Of a stretch of 36,307 bases of DNA, positions 1 to 11,614 are shown piece after piece (position 1 is the stretch's first letter; the number at the start of each line of letters is the position of its first letter). The stretch comes from Chiloscyllium plagiosum (lineage: Eukaryota). The notes beneath the pieces were generated by a model. The model searched no databases. It saw only the letters and a list, made by a program, of their open reading frames with translations, and was not told where the DNA came from. Position numbers and translations under genes: made by a program. The stretch covers positions 37,320,337-37,356,643 of the forward strand of contig NC_057718.1 in assembly GCF_004010195.1 (NCBI RefSeq). Reading direction: 5' to 3'.

Positions 1-738
1 GTTATTAGTTCCCATTGGATCTTTTACTATGAGGTCACTAATTAACCCTGTCTCATGACACATTAAAAGTCATAAAATAGGTTTGCCATTGTTTCAGGAA
101 ATTGTAACAAGAACATTCTACAGCCTCATACTCTGGACAAGCCTTGCCAATTTGGTTGAGCCAGTCTATATGAAAAATAAAGACTCACACAATTATTACA
201 TTGCCTTCAGTGTATACTGCAAAATCTTCTTGTTTAATTCTCAGTTTAATGGTTTAACAACAGCACCTGCAGTCCTCACTTTCTCCTAACAACTGTTGTG
301 TTTTGTTTCTATAGCATAGTGACTATCACATTCATGTAACACACACAAAAGGTGTTCAGTTCAAAACTAGGCAGAGCTACCATGAGGGGACTCTTTTGCA
401 GTGGTAGTGTCCCAAACTCTGTAACTGATGGCCTGAGTTCAAGTCCCACCTGCTTACAGTTGTGTAATCATGTGTCTGCGTAGGTTGATGAGATAATATC
501 TATAACAACTGTTAGGGGGTCTCTTAATGATTCTCATGCTTGCTATTTCTCACTACCATTCTTCATTTTTAAGCTTCATAATCTTTGAAGTCAAGATCCC
601 GCCTTACTGTCCTTTCATTGTCCTTTGCTGTCAGGGCTATCACTTATCCTTTGCCATTCTGTCTTTCTTTCTCAAAACAGTTTGTACCTTGTCATACTTA
701 TTTCCCAGCATCATGCACGTGCAATGGTGATTATGCCT
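1..738 (-). mobile_element. Decayed CR1-clade LINE, AP-endonuclease region, interrupted by a SINE at about 385-505
   Basis: Minus-strand translation gives degenerate CR1 APE motifs (..FIFHIDWLNQIGK.., ..ETGLISDLIVKDP..) with many stops and frameshifts. Confidence 0.65.
385..505 (+). mobile_element. Short tRNA-derived SINE-like repeat
   Basis: A-box-like TGCAGTGGTAGT and B-box-like GAGTTCAAGTCCC at tRNA-like spacing; no complete cloverleaf. Confidence 0.55.
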
Positions 739-1593
739 TGTTATGAAGACAGTAAAAATGCATATTTGACTTCCATCATCAGATTTTTCAGACCTGAGAC
801 CTTAAATTGACTAAAATAGTTTTATGAAAGGTGAAACATTAATTTAAGAGGGTTTCACTGGCCACCTGACCAAGTTAAATGAAGCTCATGGAGACACAAA
901 TAAACAAGAATCAGTCTGAATCAAAAATTAACATCAGTATCAGAAGGCTTTGATACTCACATTTGTACCTAGGGGTTGATTCACACCTTTCTGGAAGTTT
1001 CACATATTGAAATTAAGGGCTTAGACAATTTACCCATCTTGAATAAAAGAACAGGCATGGGAATACACAAGTGAACTGTATTTCAGGCAAACAGCTTTTG
1101 GGTAGAGAGAGAAGGAAAATAAATTGGCAACAGCAGAACTGGAAGATTCTCTCTCCCTGTTCCTCTCAGCGTCTCAGAAGGCAATACCCAGTGAGAAACA
1201 AATCAGATGAATATTCACTCACTGAGAACTCAAAGATATCTACAAATTGCTTTCCTGCTAAGGATAAAAGTAAACAATTATGGTTTTAGATTAAAACCTA
1301 ACAGATCAAGGACCCTGAGAACTTGTAAAATGCCCATCCTTGATCTTCTATTTTGTATGAGACACTATCTCCCTTTTTCAAACTGTATTTCTGTGTTTTT
1401 GTGTGTTTGATGTCACATTTTATTATTTTTCCTGAGGAAAGTAGGTAATAAAATTTCTTTCTCATTCATTCAAGAAAGTCTTATATTTGGCTACTTAATT
1501 TTGATGTAGCAAACTACATTTAATTCCAGTGTGATATAACTGTTGTTTAACTGGAGTTTAAAAGGGGGGAGTTGATTCAGCACATTTCCCCTG
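739..1593 (+). mobile_element. Solo, 3'-truncated Gypsy LTR inserted in the CR1 relic
   Basis: Starts TGTTATGA. Contains AATAAA..CAAGAAAGTC..TTGGCT (about 1447-1492), shared with the LTR at about 3316-3365. CR1 endonuclease sequence lies on both sides. Confidence 0.5.
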
Positions 1594-1795
1594 TTATTGA
1601 AACCCAAACAATCTAGCTCTATTATATGACTAAATCATTTATGTTCTAATGCAGTCAGGTAAAAAACCTTTAAATTATTTTCTTTACTATTAGTCCTTAC
1701 ATGGACTTTACTCACTGATGACCAATTACTGTTAAACATTCTGCCCCTTCCTGTCCTATCGACCTACATTGCTACACTGTTACATTGCCTCATCT
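1594..1795 (-). mobile_element. Continuation of the CR1 relic (start of endonuclease domain)
   Basis: Minus strand reads LKVFYLTA..IVWVSIT, resembling the CR1 ORF2 N-terminus LK.LYLNARS..VAITETW. Confidence 0.5.
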
Positions 1796-1835
1796 TTTTT
1801 TTCAATTTCTGCATCGCCTGAGCTTAAACAAGCAG

Positions 1836-1895
1836 GGGATTGACAAAGTGACAGAGAATAATGGTTTCACTGGGAACACAGCATCAAAGGTGGCG
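1836..1895 (+). CDS. Candidate 60-nt internal exon (GIDKVTENNGFTGNTASKVA), product unknown
   Basis: CAG acceptor, strong GCG|GTGAGT donor, open frame, no recognisable repeat. Polypyrimidine tract is distant and no protein is recognised. Confidence 0.15.
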
Positions 1896-2546
1896 GTGAG
1901 TGTGCCATTATCAAATTGACCGCTGCAGAAATGCCGTGACAAGCAGAGGACAGAAGGCTAGACTGTTGGGATTTTTGAAGCACAGTTGTAAATAATGGAC
2001 AAAATTTATACAAAAGTTATGAAGTGTTTTTGGACACTTCCTTCACATGACTATTGACACTGGGAAAATGCCAAACTGAAAATATCAGACGGTTACTCCT
2101 CCAGCTGAAACTTGAGCTGATAACTTTACTTTGAGGTTCTTTAGGGCCTGTGAAAAGATCATTCCCCAATATATCTCTCTCAGCTGTGACATGATTGGCT
2201 ATCTTCCAGAAAGTAGATCCTAAATTAACTTAGTAAAGTTTGTCCTCGCTCCCACGTTTTTCACCATAAAAGCATCCTGTAATCCTTTAGATTGCGAAAT
2301 ATGCTGCACAATTTTGAACCACAGCCCTTTGGACTCTAACTTGAATTATGAAAGTCCGGTACACCTTGTGTTAAACTCAGTCCTTGAATGAAACAGCACA
2401 CATTATTTTTGTTTGGCTATCTGTGATTCAGCTGGAGGTATACTCAATTTTCAACACTTGAAATTCAAAAGATTATACTCAATTTCCAGTTGATTTAATG
2501 AGAAAGTGATGGAACAGGGATGTGGGCATAATAGGACTCTCTGAGC

Positions 2547-3564
2547 TGTAAGCGATTAAAAAAACATTTTAATTGGTCAATATGGTATTTATAGTTTTGC
2601 TAACAGATCAAAACCCTGGATCATCCATGGACTTATTGAAACTTTAATTCCAAGAAGCGCTTTTTTTTTCAAAAATGCGGCCAAAATATGACTGAGAATG
2701 TAAATTCTGAGCAATGTGATTTAGTGATCATCTGGAAGGACTGTGTGGATTATCCCCAGCCTCAAAGGAAACTGTGGATATTCACACTTGACAGGGGCCA
2801 AGAAACGTCAAAGAGAAGGACTTCAAAAAGAGAACTGCACTGCAAACCGAACTGTAATCCCCAGTGAATTATCTCACGTTGTGGATACGCTAGGAGGAAA
2901 GAGAGCAGGGAATCGTTTATGTTTTCCCTTTTCAAGAATAAACAAGAACAGTGGTTAAGAGACAATTACAACCCTGGCGCTAAAGGTGTGTGCTGTGAGG
3001 GTCGTAACTGAGAAAAAGGGTAAAAAGAGGAGTGTCTCTCCCATTCTCTCTCTCTGCTGAAACCAGGAAAGCAAGCAAAAATGCAGAATAAAGGAAACAG
3101 GTCAAAGGCCTTTCTGCAAAACCAATCATCTCAAAATCAGCCTGTAACCTACCAACATCTGTGCTACCATTACTGTCCAATATCCATCAGCAACATTATC
3201 ATCCACTCTTCAAAGAACTCAGAGACTGATCTGTCTATCTTTTTTAATTTCCATTTTTTTTTGGACTTATATATCTAATGCATGTTGCATCATTATTTCT
3301 GCATTGTGTAGTAACTAATAAACTCATTCTTTTGCCAAATCAAGAAAGTCCGGTTAAATTGGCTCCTTTTAAAACATATATTCACTTGGTCTGAGAGGAA
3401 GGGAGAGCATCCTGTAGAAATGAATCTTGTTGCAAACAGCTGAGGGGTCAGGTGAATAAAGAATGAATGGTTCATCCATCCTTGCCTGGAAGCTTGACAA
3501 TTTGGCACATCCCATCAGGAGCTGCAATAAATTTGGGAACCTCGCCCAGAGACTAGTCATAACA
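2547..3564 (+). mobile_element. 5' LTR of a Gmr1-like Gypsy element (5' boundary uncertain)
   Basis: Ends GTCATAACA at 3564, followed by a degenerate tRNA-Pro PBS-like AATCAGGGGTTCAC and then gag-like sequence. AATAAA at about 3316. Confidence 0.55.
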
Positions 3565-3867
3565 AATCAGGGGTTCACTTCCATGATTCAAACACACAAA
3601 TAAAACAAGAGAATTAGAGTGGGTATGCTGTATCTTTGAGACCAATCTTTCAAAAATCTGCCAAAAGCTTTTTTGAGTTTGCATTATCTCAGAGTTGAAA
3701 TATTCACATTCAATGCCAATGTGGTTCTAGGACAATTAGGGGAAGTTATATTAGAGGATTTAAAAGTTCTGTTCCCCAAGCAGTTAAAAGATTTAGTGAG
3801 GCACTGGGATTCGAATTTCACCTAAAAACCAGCAAACCCAAAATTTGCAAAGTAGTGGCCAATGACA

Positions 3868-4688
3868 AGTATAGGAGTTGGGATGTCATGTTGTGACTGC
3901 ACAGGACATTGGTTAGGCCACTTTTGGAATACAGTAGAACCCCAGTATCTGCGGATTCAGTTTTCACGGTTTCAGTTATCCATGGTTTACTGCAGACTGA
4001 ATATATTACATGGAATATTCCAGAAATAATACCAGGGGCTGCTGGGGTTCGCTACTATCCGAGGTTTTGGGCATCCCTGGTAGCTCTTGGAATGTGTCAC
4101 CCACGGATACAGGGGGTGATACATTCCACCTGTAGTGTGTGCAATTCTGGTCTCCTTCTTAGCGGAAGGATGTTGTGAAACTTGAAAGGGTTCAGAAAAG
4201 ATTTACAAGGATGTTGCCAGGGTTGGAGGATTTGAGCAATAGGAAGAGGTTGAACAGGCTGGGGCTGTTTTTCCTGGAACGTTGGAGGCTGAGGGGTGAC
4301 ATTATAGAGGTTTACAAAATCATGAGGGGCATGGATAGGATAATTAGACTTTTCTCTGAGGTCTTTTCCCTGGCTAAGGGGGAGTCCAGAACTTGAGGAG
4401 TACAGGTTTAGGGTGAAAGGAGAAAAAGTTAAAAGGGACCTAAGTGGCAACTTTTTCACACAGAGGGTGGTGCATGTATGGAATGAGCTGCCAGAGGAAG
4501 TGGTGGAGGCTGGTACAATTGCAACATTTAAAAGGCATCTGGATGGGTATATGAATAGGAACCTTTTAGATGGATATGAGACAAGTGCTGGCAAATGGGA
4601 CTAGATTAATTTAGGATATCCGGTCGGCATGGACAAATTGGACCAAAGGGTCTGTTTCCGTGCTGTACATCTCTATGACTCTATGACA
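3868..4688 (+). mobile_element. 5'-truncated HER1/CR1 LINE 3' end inserted in the Gypsy gag
   Basis: LVRPLLEY..KLERVQKRFTRMLPGL..RLRGDIIEVYKIM..FFTQRVVHVWNELP; (TCTATGAC)2 tail; ATGACA at 3862-3867 and 4683-4688 as probable TSD. Confidence 0.93.
3932..4132. mobile_element. Tc1/mariner (Tigger/pogo-like) MITE nested in the CR1 LINE
   Basis: TA TSD at 3930-3931 and 4133-4134; termini CAG..CTG; subterminal inverted match CCCCAGTATCTGCGG / CCACGGATACAGGGG. It interrupts the CR1 LEY|CVQFW motif. Confidence 0.8.
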
Positions 4689-6747
4689 TGGAGGTGGAAC
4701 TTGAGGACAATGAAATGGGAAGAGTAACAGTCCAGATATTAAGGTGGAGCAGGGGAAATTTGAATTTCAAGAAAAAGAGAGAAAATGAGTGTTGCGAAAG
4801 AGAGGAAAGGTCAAGGAGAGAAAAGAAAGAATTTCAGGAAAGACAACAAGAAAGGTAGTTTGAAAGGAGACAGCTCCAACCGAGGACAAGGAATGATATT
4901 GTGTCACCTGAAGATATCATTGGCTTAAGGGCGAAGGAAGCTCAGTGTGCTTGTTTAACTTCCTATGTTTGTGAGGTAGAGTTGGAAGCTTTCTTTATCT
5001 CCTGTGAGTGGGTAGCATTGTAGTTAACGTAGCCAGTCAAAGAATGGTATTTATTACTGCTGAGTAAGCTTTCAGGGAAAGCTTAGGAAGTTTACTTGCT
5101 CTTGCCTGAGGGAAGTATCATCGATGATAAGGCAATATAAGTGTGCAGCAGATAGTGTTGGATATGTACCATCAAAAGTTCTATACCTTCAGGGAATTGT
5201 TTGACTCAATATACTTGAAATTTCAAGGGCTTCAGCACTGCCCTTATGGAAACGTTTGTGAAATAATTCTCCTTGAGGAGTTTCAAAATTCCATGACCTT
5301 GCCATTAAAAATGTATCGAGATGAACAAAGAAAACCTGGAACCAGGCGGGCTGCCATAGTGTTTATGGTTATGAGCTGATCCATAAACCTGTGTTCAAGC
5401 AGAAACCCTTCCTTAGTCAAAGGGTAGCGGTGCGGAAAATGATAAGCAACTGAGCACTTATGACCAAGTTTTCCCAGGACAAGGCAGGTAAGCCTGTAGG
5501 GATACTGAGAATATATCAGGACCAACCCAAACTGTACTGTAAGAAAATACATGACCTTCCCATCAGAGAGTGCAGCAAGTGCCAGGTGTTGGTCAGAAAG
5601 AGGGTACCTGTCCATTCCCCTTCACTGGGTGTAGCTGGAGAGTGACCTCCAATTTGCACCTGGGCTGGGTCATCCCACTTCTTGGCAATGAGCTGGTGGA
5701 TAAAAAATGATAGCATCCTGAGTGGTCTTCAAGAAACCCCAGTGTGGTCAGGAATATCGAACAGGAGAAAGCCCTTAGCATTTTCCCTGATTCTGTGGTC
5801 ACGCTGTACTTGGCCAGACAAACTCAGCCAGTGGAGGTTGAGGTTGGACAGCAAACAAAAGACTTTCTGGTCTAGTTATCTGAAACCTTTTCAGGAGTTT
5901 CGAAGACCTGAAGGAGGTAATACATAGAACGTCCTTGGTAGCAGTCCAATAAGCCTACCCACTGTTAAAGACACCAGTTCAGACTGCTCTCACATTAAAG
6001 CTGAGACAGAATCAACCCCTGAATGTTACTACACTGAAAATTAAGTTCTGATGAGGAAATGGAGACCTCCCTCACAGACCAGCAAATGAGGAGCTGACTG
6101 TGATTCACCAAGTATTGGTGCGACTGAGGTACCTTAGGGGAAATACTGAAGCTAGTTCACAAGATCCCTAATCACTGGGTATGTGATATATACACAAAAC
6201 CAATGGCCGCACCAACTAGCGATTTCACTGGCCAAAATATCGGACAAGGTTACGCAGAACCTGCTACACCTACCAGCTTGTGGAAAAACCCAACCTGAGG
6301 AAAGTCCTTGAACTATGATTCTGGTACGTTTTGGTGAATAATTCACCAAGATGTTTTTGAACTGTATGGGAACTCACCCAAGACAAAACAGGGCCACCAG
6401 TATATCTTTACATCATGGATGTAACTACCTATTTCTCAGAGAGTGTTGCCCTCAGAGTCATTTTTCCAAAAACAGTGCTGGAGGAATTGACCCAACTCTT
6501 CTCTGGGTGTGGTCTGCCCACTGAAAGCCAGTTGGATCAGGAATCAAATTTCATATCCAGGATATTCCAGGATGTCATCAGAAACTTGGACATCACTAAG
6601 ATGCAGACATCAAGGCATGAGTAGCACCACTATACCCTCAAAACAATGTTCCCAAATACCACATGTACTGCCACAGGAGAAGGATCCTTTCTAAATTAAC
6701 TTTGTTGTGACCCTGTGACCCACCGAATATAGAACGGGAACGAATTC

Positions 6748-6900
6748 AAAACCGAAAGAACTGCCGATGCAGAAAATCTGAGACAAAATCAGAAATTGCT
6801 GGAAAATTTCAACTAGTCTGACAGCATCTGTGGAGAGAAATCAGAGTTAATGTTATGGCCCAGTGACACTTCTTCAGAATTTCAGACCCTTCTTCAGAGG
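6748..6900 (-). mobile_element. Short Penelope-like terminal-repeat-derived element, family B
   Basis: Minus strand CTGAAGAAG..TTAACTCTG..TCTCTCCACAGATGCTG..CCAGCAATTTCTG; related copies at about 17186, 28503 and 30671. Confidence 0.6.
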
Positions 6901-7911
6901 AAGCTAATTCGCCCGTTCACTCAGGACTTTGACAATTTAGAGTATCTGGTCTGAAACCATGGTATATTCAGGGTAAAATAATCAGGATATTAGGCAAATT
7001 TTAATTCTCAAACCTTCTCTCTTCCATCAAATCATGGCAAAGAGAGTCTATTTTTGCTCTGTATAGTTTTTGAATGCTGTCAGCCTGGGTTAAATAATTA
7101 TTGCAGTGCTGGCCATCTCTGTCACTTAGACTTATGGTGGTTACTCCAAAATTACTGAGCTTGAAGGGTCTAGACTTCAATACGCATGTGACCTTCAAGC
7201 AGTTGAGAGAAAACAATTGAACTGATCTTTTTATTGCCAAGTAATAACAATGTCATTAAATTCTGGTCTAGACCAAAGTCCCACCTCCCCTATAAACTAA
7301 ATGGCTTTGGTAAGCATTAACAGTGACAGTTAACTCTGCAGGTAACAAGTGTGGCTTCACCATAGCTTTTTGAACTTGGGTACTTACGCAGTGTGACCCA
7401 TCTAGCCTAAGTATCACAATAAGCTCTGTTTCTGACAGTATTTATATAGTTGTTGCTTGCAATCATTGTTGAAGACTTAAGACGAGACAGACAATCAGGG
7501 CAGACAGTACAAAATCGTGTTAAAAGCGTAGCTGGAAATCTGCACTCTACATTTACAAAAATAAATCAAATAAGGGATGACATCTTGTTTATACTGACTG
7601 AACATTTATTATCCATAATTATACACAATTGAGCTTAGTTTTGTAGGAGGGGGAGCAACTTAGCTTAGAAATGGAGCATCTTAAAAAAACACAAGGTGCC
7701 ATGCTCAGCTTTATTTTAGAAAGTTATTTAATCTGTGAAAATACTTGCAGAATGCATTTATATTACTTATAGTAAATGCCATCTTTTACGCCAATTATTT
7801 TGAGGACATGTATGCCATTGAGAATTTTGGCAAATCTGTGCAGACATAATCTTCCACATGTGCAGTTGTTAAAATAAGATCATGAATACAATTGTATTTT
7901 TCTGACCTCAG

Positions 7912-7979
7912 GCGCTCCCTGAGGCCAGAGAAACAATTGTGGCCAGAAATGTAATAAAAAATGTTGTTAGCCTGTGTAG
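7912..7979 (+). CDS. Candidate 68-nt internal exon (ALPEARETIVARNVIKNVVSLC), product unknown
   Basis: TTTTTCTGACCTCAG acceptor, AG|GTAAGC donor, open frame, non-repetitive context. Protein not recognised. Confidence 0.25.
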
Positions 7980-8097
7980 GTAAGCTCATCAGTTGTCAGG
8001 TTAAAATGGCAGACGTTACAAAAAACAGCACCGGTAGGTTTGTTGCAGTCACCAAGACCTTGCTCCTGGACACATGCAACAAGAAAAAAAATACCAT

Positions 8098-9045
8098 GGG
8101 CTAGATTTCATAGCCCCTTGCCAGGCAAATTTGTAGTTAGGGGGTATGTAAAATATGTTGGCAGTTAGCACCCCAACTTCCTGGTCACCTGTACCGGGGT
8201 CCCAGAAAGTAGGAGGTAGGTGGGTGCCAGACTAAGTAGCCAGTGTGCCATTTTTGAAAGATGTAAAACTGACTGACCAAAAGAACATGCTGTGTGAGCC
8301 ACAATGCAGGCGGAATTCAGAAGATCCAGCTTTCTTGAAAATGCTGGAAGGAAGGGAAAGCAAATCTTTTCTTGGAAGAAAGTAACAGTAAAGCCTGTCA
8401 TTGACGTATAATGGTCCTCCTCATCTTGCATACTTCAATATAGAGCTTCAAAATACTGAGCAGGACATGGAACTCCCTCCCCAATGGCATTGTGGTCCGC
8501 CAACAGCACATGGACTGCAGCGATTCAAGATGGCAGCTCAGCAGTATCTTCTCAAGACCAGTGAGGGATGTGCAATAAATGCTAGCCCAGTTAACAGTGT
8601 CCACTTGCCATGAAGGAACAAGGAAAAAGTACTTTCATTTCCACCTTTTTTTTTACCTTTTTTATCTCCTTCTGGGTCATGTTTCTGTTGGCACATCAGG
8701 ATCATCACCTCACAAGAAATGCCCCCATCCCACTCTTTTGCTTCCATCCCACTTGATATGCAAAAAACGCCCCTTACCCATATTGTGGCCTCCCCATGTT
8801 CCCCAATCTTTCCCTGTTTGAAACCCAGGACTTTACTGCATTTGGCCACCATGTGTGTTTTCATACTGGGATGTGTTTGCAGTCCCAGCAGCACCCACTA
8901 CTCAGTTCCCATTGGTGGGTCTGCTAGAGCTGCCAGCTAAACAGATTGATCGGCATTGCAGGAGGACAGGGCATCCTCAAACAAGGTGGAGGGGTGGGAG
9001 GTGCAGTCTTTCCTTCCCGAAAGCCACCCTGGAAGCATTATGCCT
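8098..9045. repeat. Unclassified GC-richer old repeat, possibly a non-autonomous DNA transposon
   Basis: Starts GGGCTAGATTT, similar to GGGCAGGATTTT at about 15644 and 19832; composition shifts relative to the flanks. Confidence 0.3.
8468..8628 (+). mobile_element. 3' fragment of the LINE family at 32577-33874
   Basis: GGAACTCCCTCCC..GGCATTGTGG..GGACTGCAGCGATTCAAGA.GGCAGCTCA matches about 33716-33800. Confidence 0.8.
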
Positions 9046-9140
9046 TAGAATCTCAGAACCATAGAACCACAGCAGGGGGCCATTTAGCTCATCTTGTCCA
9101 TACCTACCCAAAGACACCCTGATCCCATTTTGAACCCCAT
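9045..9140 (-). mobile_element. CR1 3'-terminal fragment
   Basis: AGAACCATAGAA tail followed by GGCCATTTAGCTCATC, the reverse complement of a CR1 3' UTR. Confidence 0.45.
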
Positions 9141-9194
9141 CTTTCTGATAGAACAATAGAAATGGTTGTACTTCACTGAGTGCAGCACCTACAT

Positions 9195-9498
9195 TCCCTA
9201 AATGGCCTGGGTTTGAATCCTGCCGTGGCAGATGGCAAAATTTGAATTCATTTTTTAAAGATTCTAGAATTAAGAGTCTAATAGTGACCATGAATCTATT
9301 GTTGATTGTTGGAAAAACCCATCTGGGTTCACTAATGTCCTTTATGGAAGGAAACTGCCATCCTTACCTGGTGTGGCCTTCATGTGTCTCCAGACCCACA
9401 ACAAGCTGGTTGACTCTTAACTGCTCTCTGGGTAATTCGGATGGGCAATAAATGTTGACCTAACCAGAGATGCCTTCATCCAGTGAATGAATAAAAAC
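9195..9498 (+). mobile_element. tRNA-derived SINE family C, whose tail is shared with the 32577-33874 LINE
   Basis: B-box GGTTTGAATCC; body AAAAACCCATCTGG.TTCACTAATGTCCTTTA.GGAAGGAAACTGCC; tail GGATGGGCAATAAATG..TGAATGAATAAAAA. Related copies at 11981 and 17350. Confidence 0.8.
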
Positions 9499-10056
9499 AA
9501 AATATGTGCCCATTCCCTGTAAAATGTAGATCCACAAATATTTCTGTTCCCTACCATTGACGACCACCCCTGAAAGTTATATCTGGAAAAAATATTACAC
9601 TGCAAGTGGGATGTGAGATCCCAATCTTTCATGTAATGACTTCCCATCAGTAATGCTTGTGCCTGACTCCTTAACTATTACTTAGCTAAGAACATCATTC
9701 ACAGAAATATAGAAACACATTCATTGATCAGACTTGAATTTCATCAACTTCAGAATCATTACCAACATATGAAAATACATAGCTTGCAATTGTTTATAAT
9801 AAAATGTAAGATACTTTGATATGGTTGCAATCATCAATAGATTTCAAATGGACTGATAAAGACTCAGATGTACAAAACATAAGTAAACCGTTCCATTATC
9901 CAACTCCTGAGAATTGAGTTGCCTGCTGTTTTCTCATGTCTATTTAATTTATTTCTCAGATTCTTGGTAGCCTCAAATGTATCATTCAGGAATGCATTTT
10001 ACGCAAAATCACAAACATATCTCCTTGATCTGGCTTTGGATTTTTCCCGATAATAG

Positions 10057-10163
10057 GAAAGATCTGTACAACCTAGCGCTGTCAAAAAGAAAATGGCCTT
10101 CCGGTATGGGAGAAAAACGTTTCCACAGCAAGCTGTTTACAATGACCACCAGCAGCATTTTTG
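10057..10163 (+). CDS. Candidate 107-nt exon; two frames open, product unknown
   Basis: TTTTTCCCGATAATAG acceptor, TTG|GTAAGA donor, several retained CpGs. Confidence 0.15.
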
Positions 10164-11614
10164 GTAAGAGTTAGAGAGTTAATAGGCTGGAACGTAAAAT
10201 GTTTCAATTCTTCATTGGGATGAAAGCCAGAATCCACAGTATTTCTGCTATCAGAGATACCTTCAATGTCATAAAAAGGGTCACGAAAATGTTGAGCAAT
10301 TAATTGAAAAACAAAGTAACTCAGCAAGTTCAAGTCATCCATCAATTCTTCTTGCTGTATTTCATTCTTCGTGATGGGTTTAGTTTATTTCTCGTATTCC
10401 AGTTTTTGCTGATGTAAATGTTTCCTTAGAATACTGAACACTCAGCAATATTTCATGCTAAAACTAATGTTGCTGGAGTTATTTACTGAGAGAGACACAT
10501 GCTTGGGGTTTTGAGGATTATGTGCAATATAATCTCACCACAATATTGAGCCAGCCATTCTTTGTCATATCCAGAAACAAAGGGGGAAAGGAGGAGGGAA
10601 TGGAAGCACAATGAGTTAACAGTTCATGCTTGCTTTGTTGCTGCTGAAAATTCATTACAAAATAACCCTAAAACATAATATCGTTGTATCAGGAAATACA
10701 AGGGAAAGTGAAAAAAGGAACTTATTTTTCAACTGTGGGATTTCGTGTGGTTTACATTTTAGAAATCTCTAGGCAGCCTTATTTAAAAGAAAAACAGACC
10801 AAAAATGGTTGGGTAGCAACTTCTGTCTTCAGTTCTTCAACATTTTGTGTATATCCTTCCAGAATGCAATTATCCTAGCTTTAACAAACTTGCCAAGTTC
10901 AAATTAATTTTGCTCTGTACATCAAGTCTTGGGCGAATGAACTATTTGCAATGCTCTTTCAGTGACTTGCTGAAGAGGCAACATGTATTTTACACACGCA
11001 CACACACACCACGGTGTGAATGTGTCTCAAAATCCTTTCAGACACATGAAGAAACCATTACTATGAGTGACATCACCCTAAAAGTTCATTGCTTGATGAG
11101 AGCAGCACAATTATGGGTCCAGAAAAGTTTGGATGCACTCAGAAAGACCAATTGTTATTCTTAAAATCAGCAATTTCTGACATGTGGTCTTATAAAATGC
11201 CCTGTAACTTTATTTTGATGTATTGCCTAGCTGCTGCAGTCCAGAACTACAGGAGCTGATGAGTTAAAAAACAATATTAAAACAGTTTTAAATGGCCATC
11301 TTCAAGATCTGCACTTCATATTGACACTCATGTTTGTCAGAGTATAAATTTATATTCCACAATCTTGGCATTTGGTTTAATTATAACATGCTAAAGGTGA
11401 ATGAATCTGGACAAGGTGATGAGAGCTCTTTTGTATGGACCATATTGGGAGTCAGTCACGATTTAAATGTTGATAGTTATCTCATCACTTTTTCAGGATG
11501 AGTAACCCACAAAATTTATAAAATCAGTCCAGATGTTATGATTATATATCCGAAGTGAACACTTAGTTTGAAAGCAGAAAGGTATTCCTGAAACTGCATT
11601 GCTTTTAAAGAAAG

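Larger units (their letters stand above)
3565..6665 (+). mobile_element. Decayed Gmr1-type Ty3/Gypsy internal region: gag (coiled coil, capsid/SCAN-like), protease remnant, integrase; RT/RNase H absent
   Basis: Gag: ELEAFFISCEWVA..PVKEWYLLLLSKLSGKA*EVY (about 4980-5095) and EIILLEEFQNSM..K...DEQR (ORF 5143-5379). Protease end: VIPLLGNEL (about 5670). Integrase: VLMRKWRPP (about 6045) and MDVTTYFSESVALR..GLPTESQLDQESNFIS (ORF 6415-6624). Confidence 0.85.

Noticed and set aside
4097..4594. 165-aa minus-strand ORF
   Set aside because: Antisense shadow of the CR1 ORF2.
7159..7200. Hairpin GCTTGAAGGGTC..GACCTTCAAGC as a possible miRNA
   Set aside because: Only about 11 bp of stem and no recognised mature miRNA.
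10082..10345. 87-aa minus-strand ORF as a terminal exon
   Set aside because: No recognisable homology and weak splice context.
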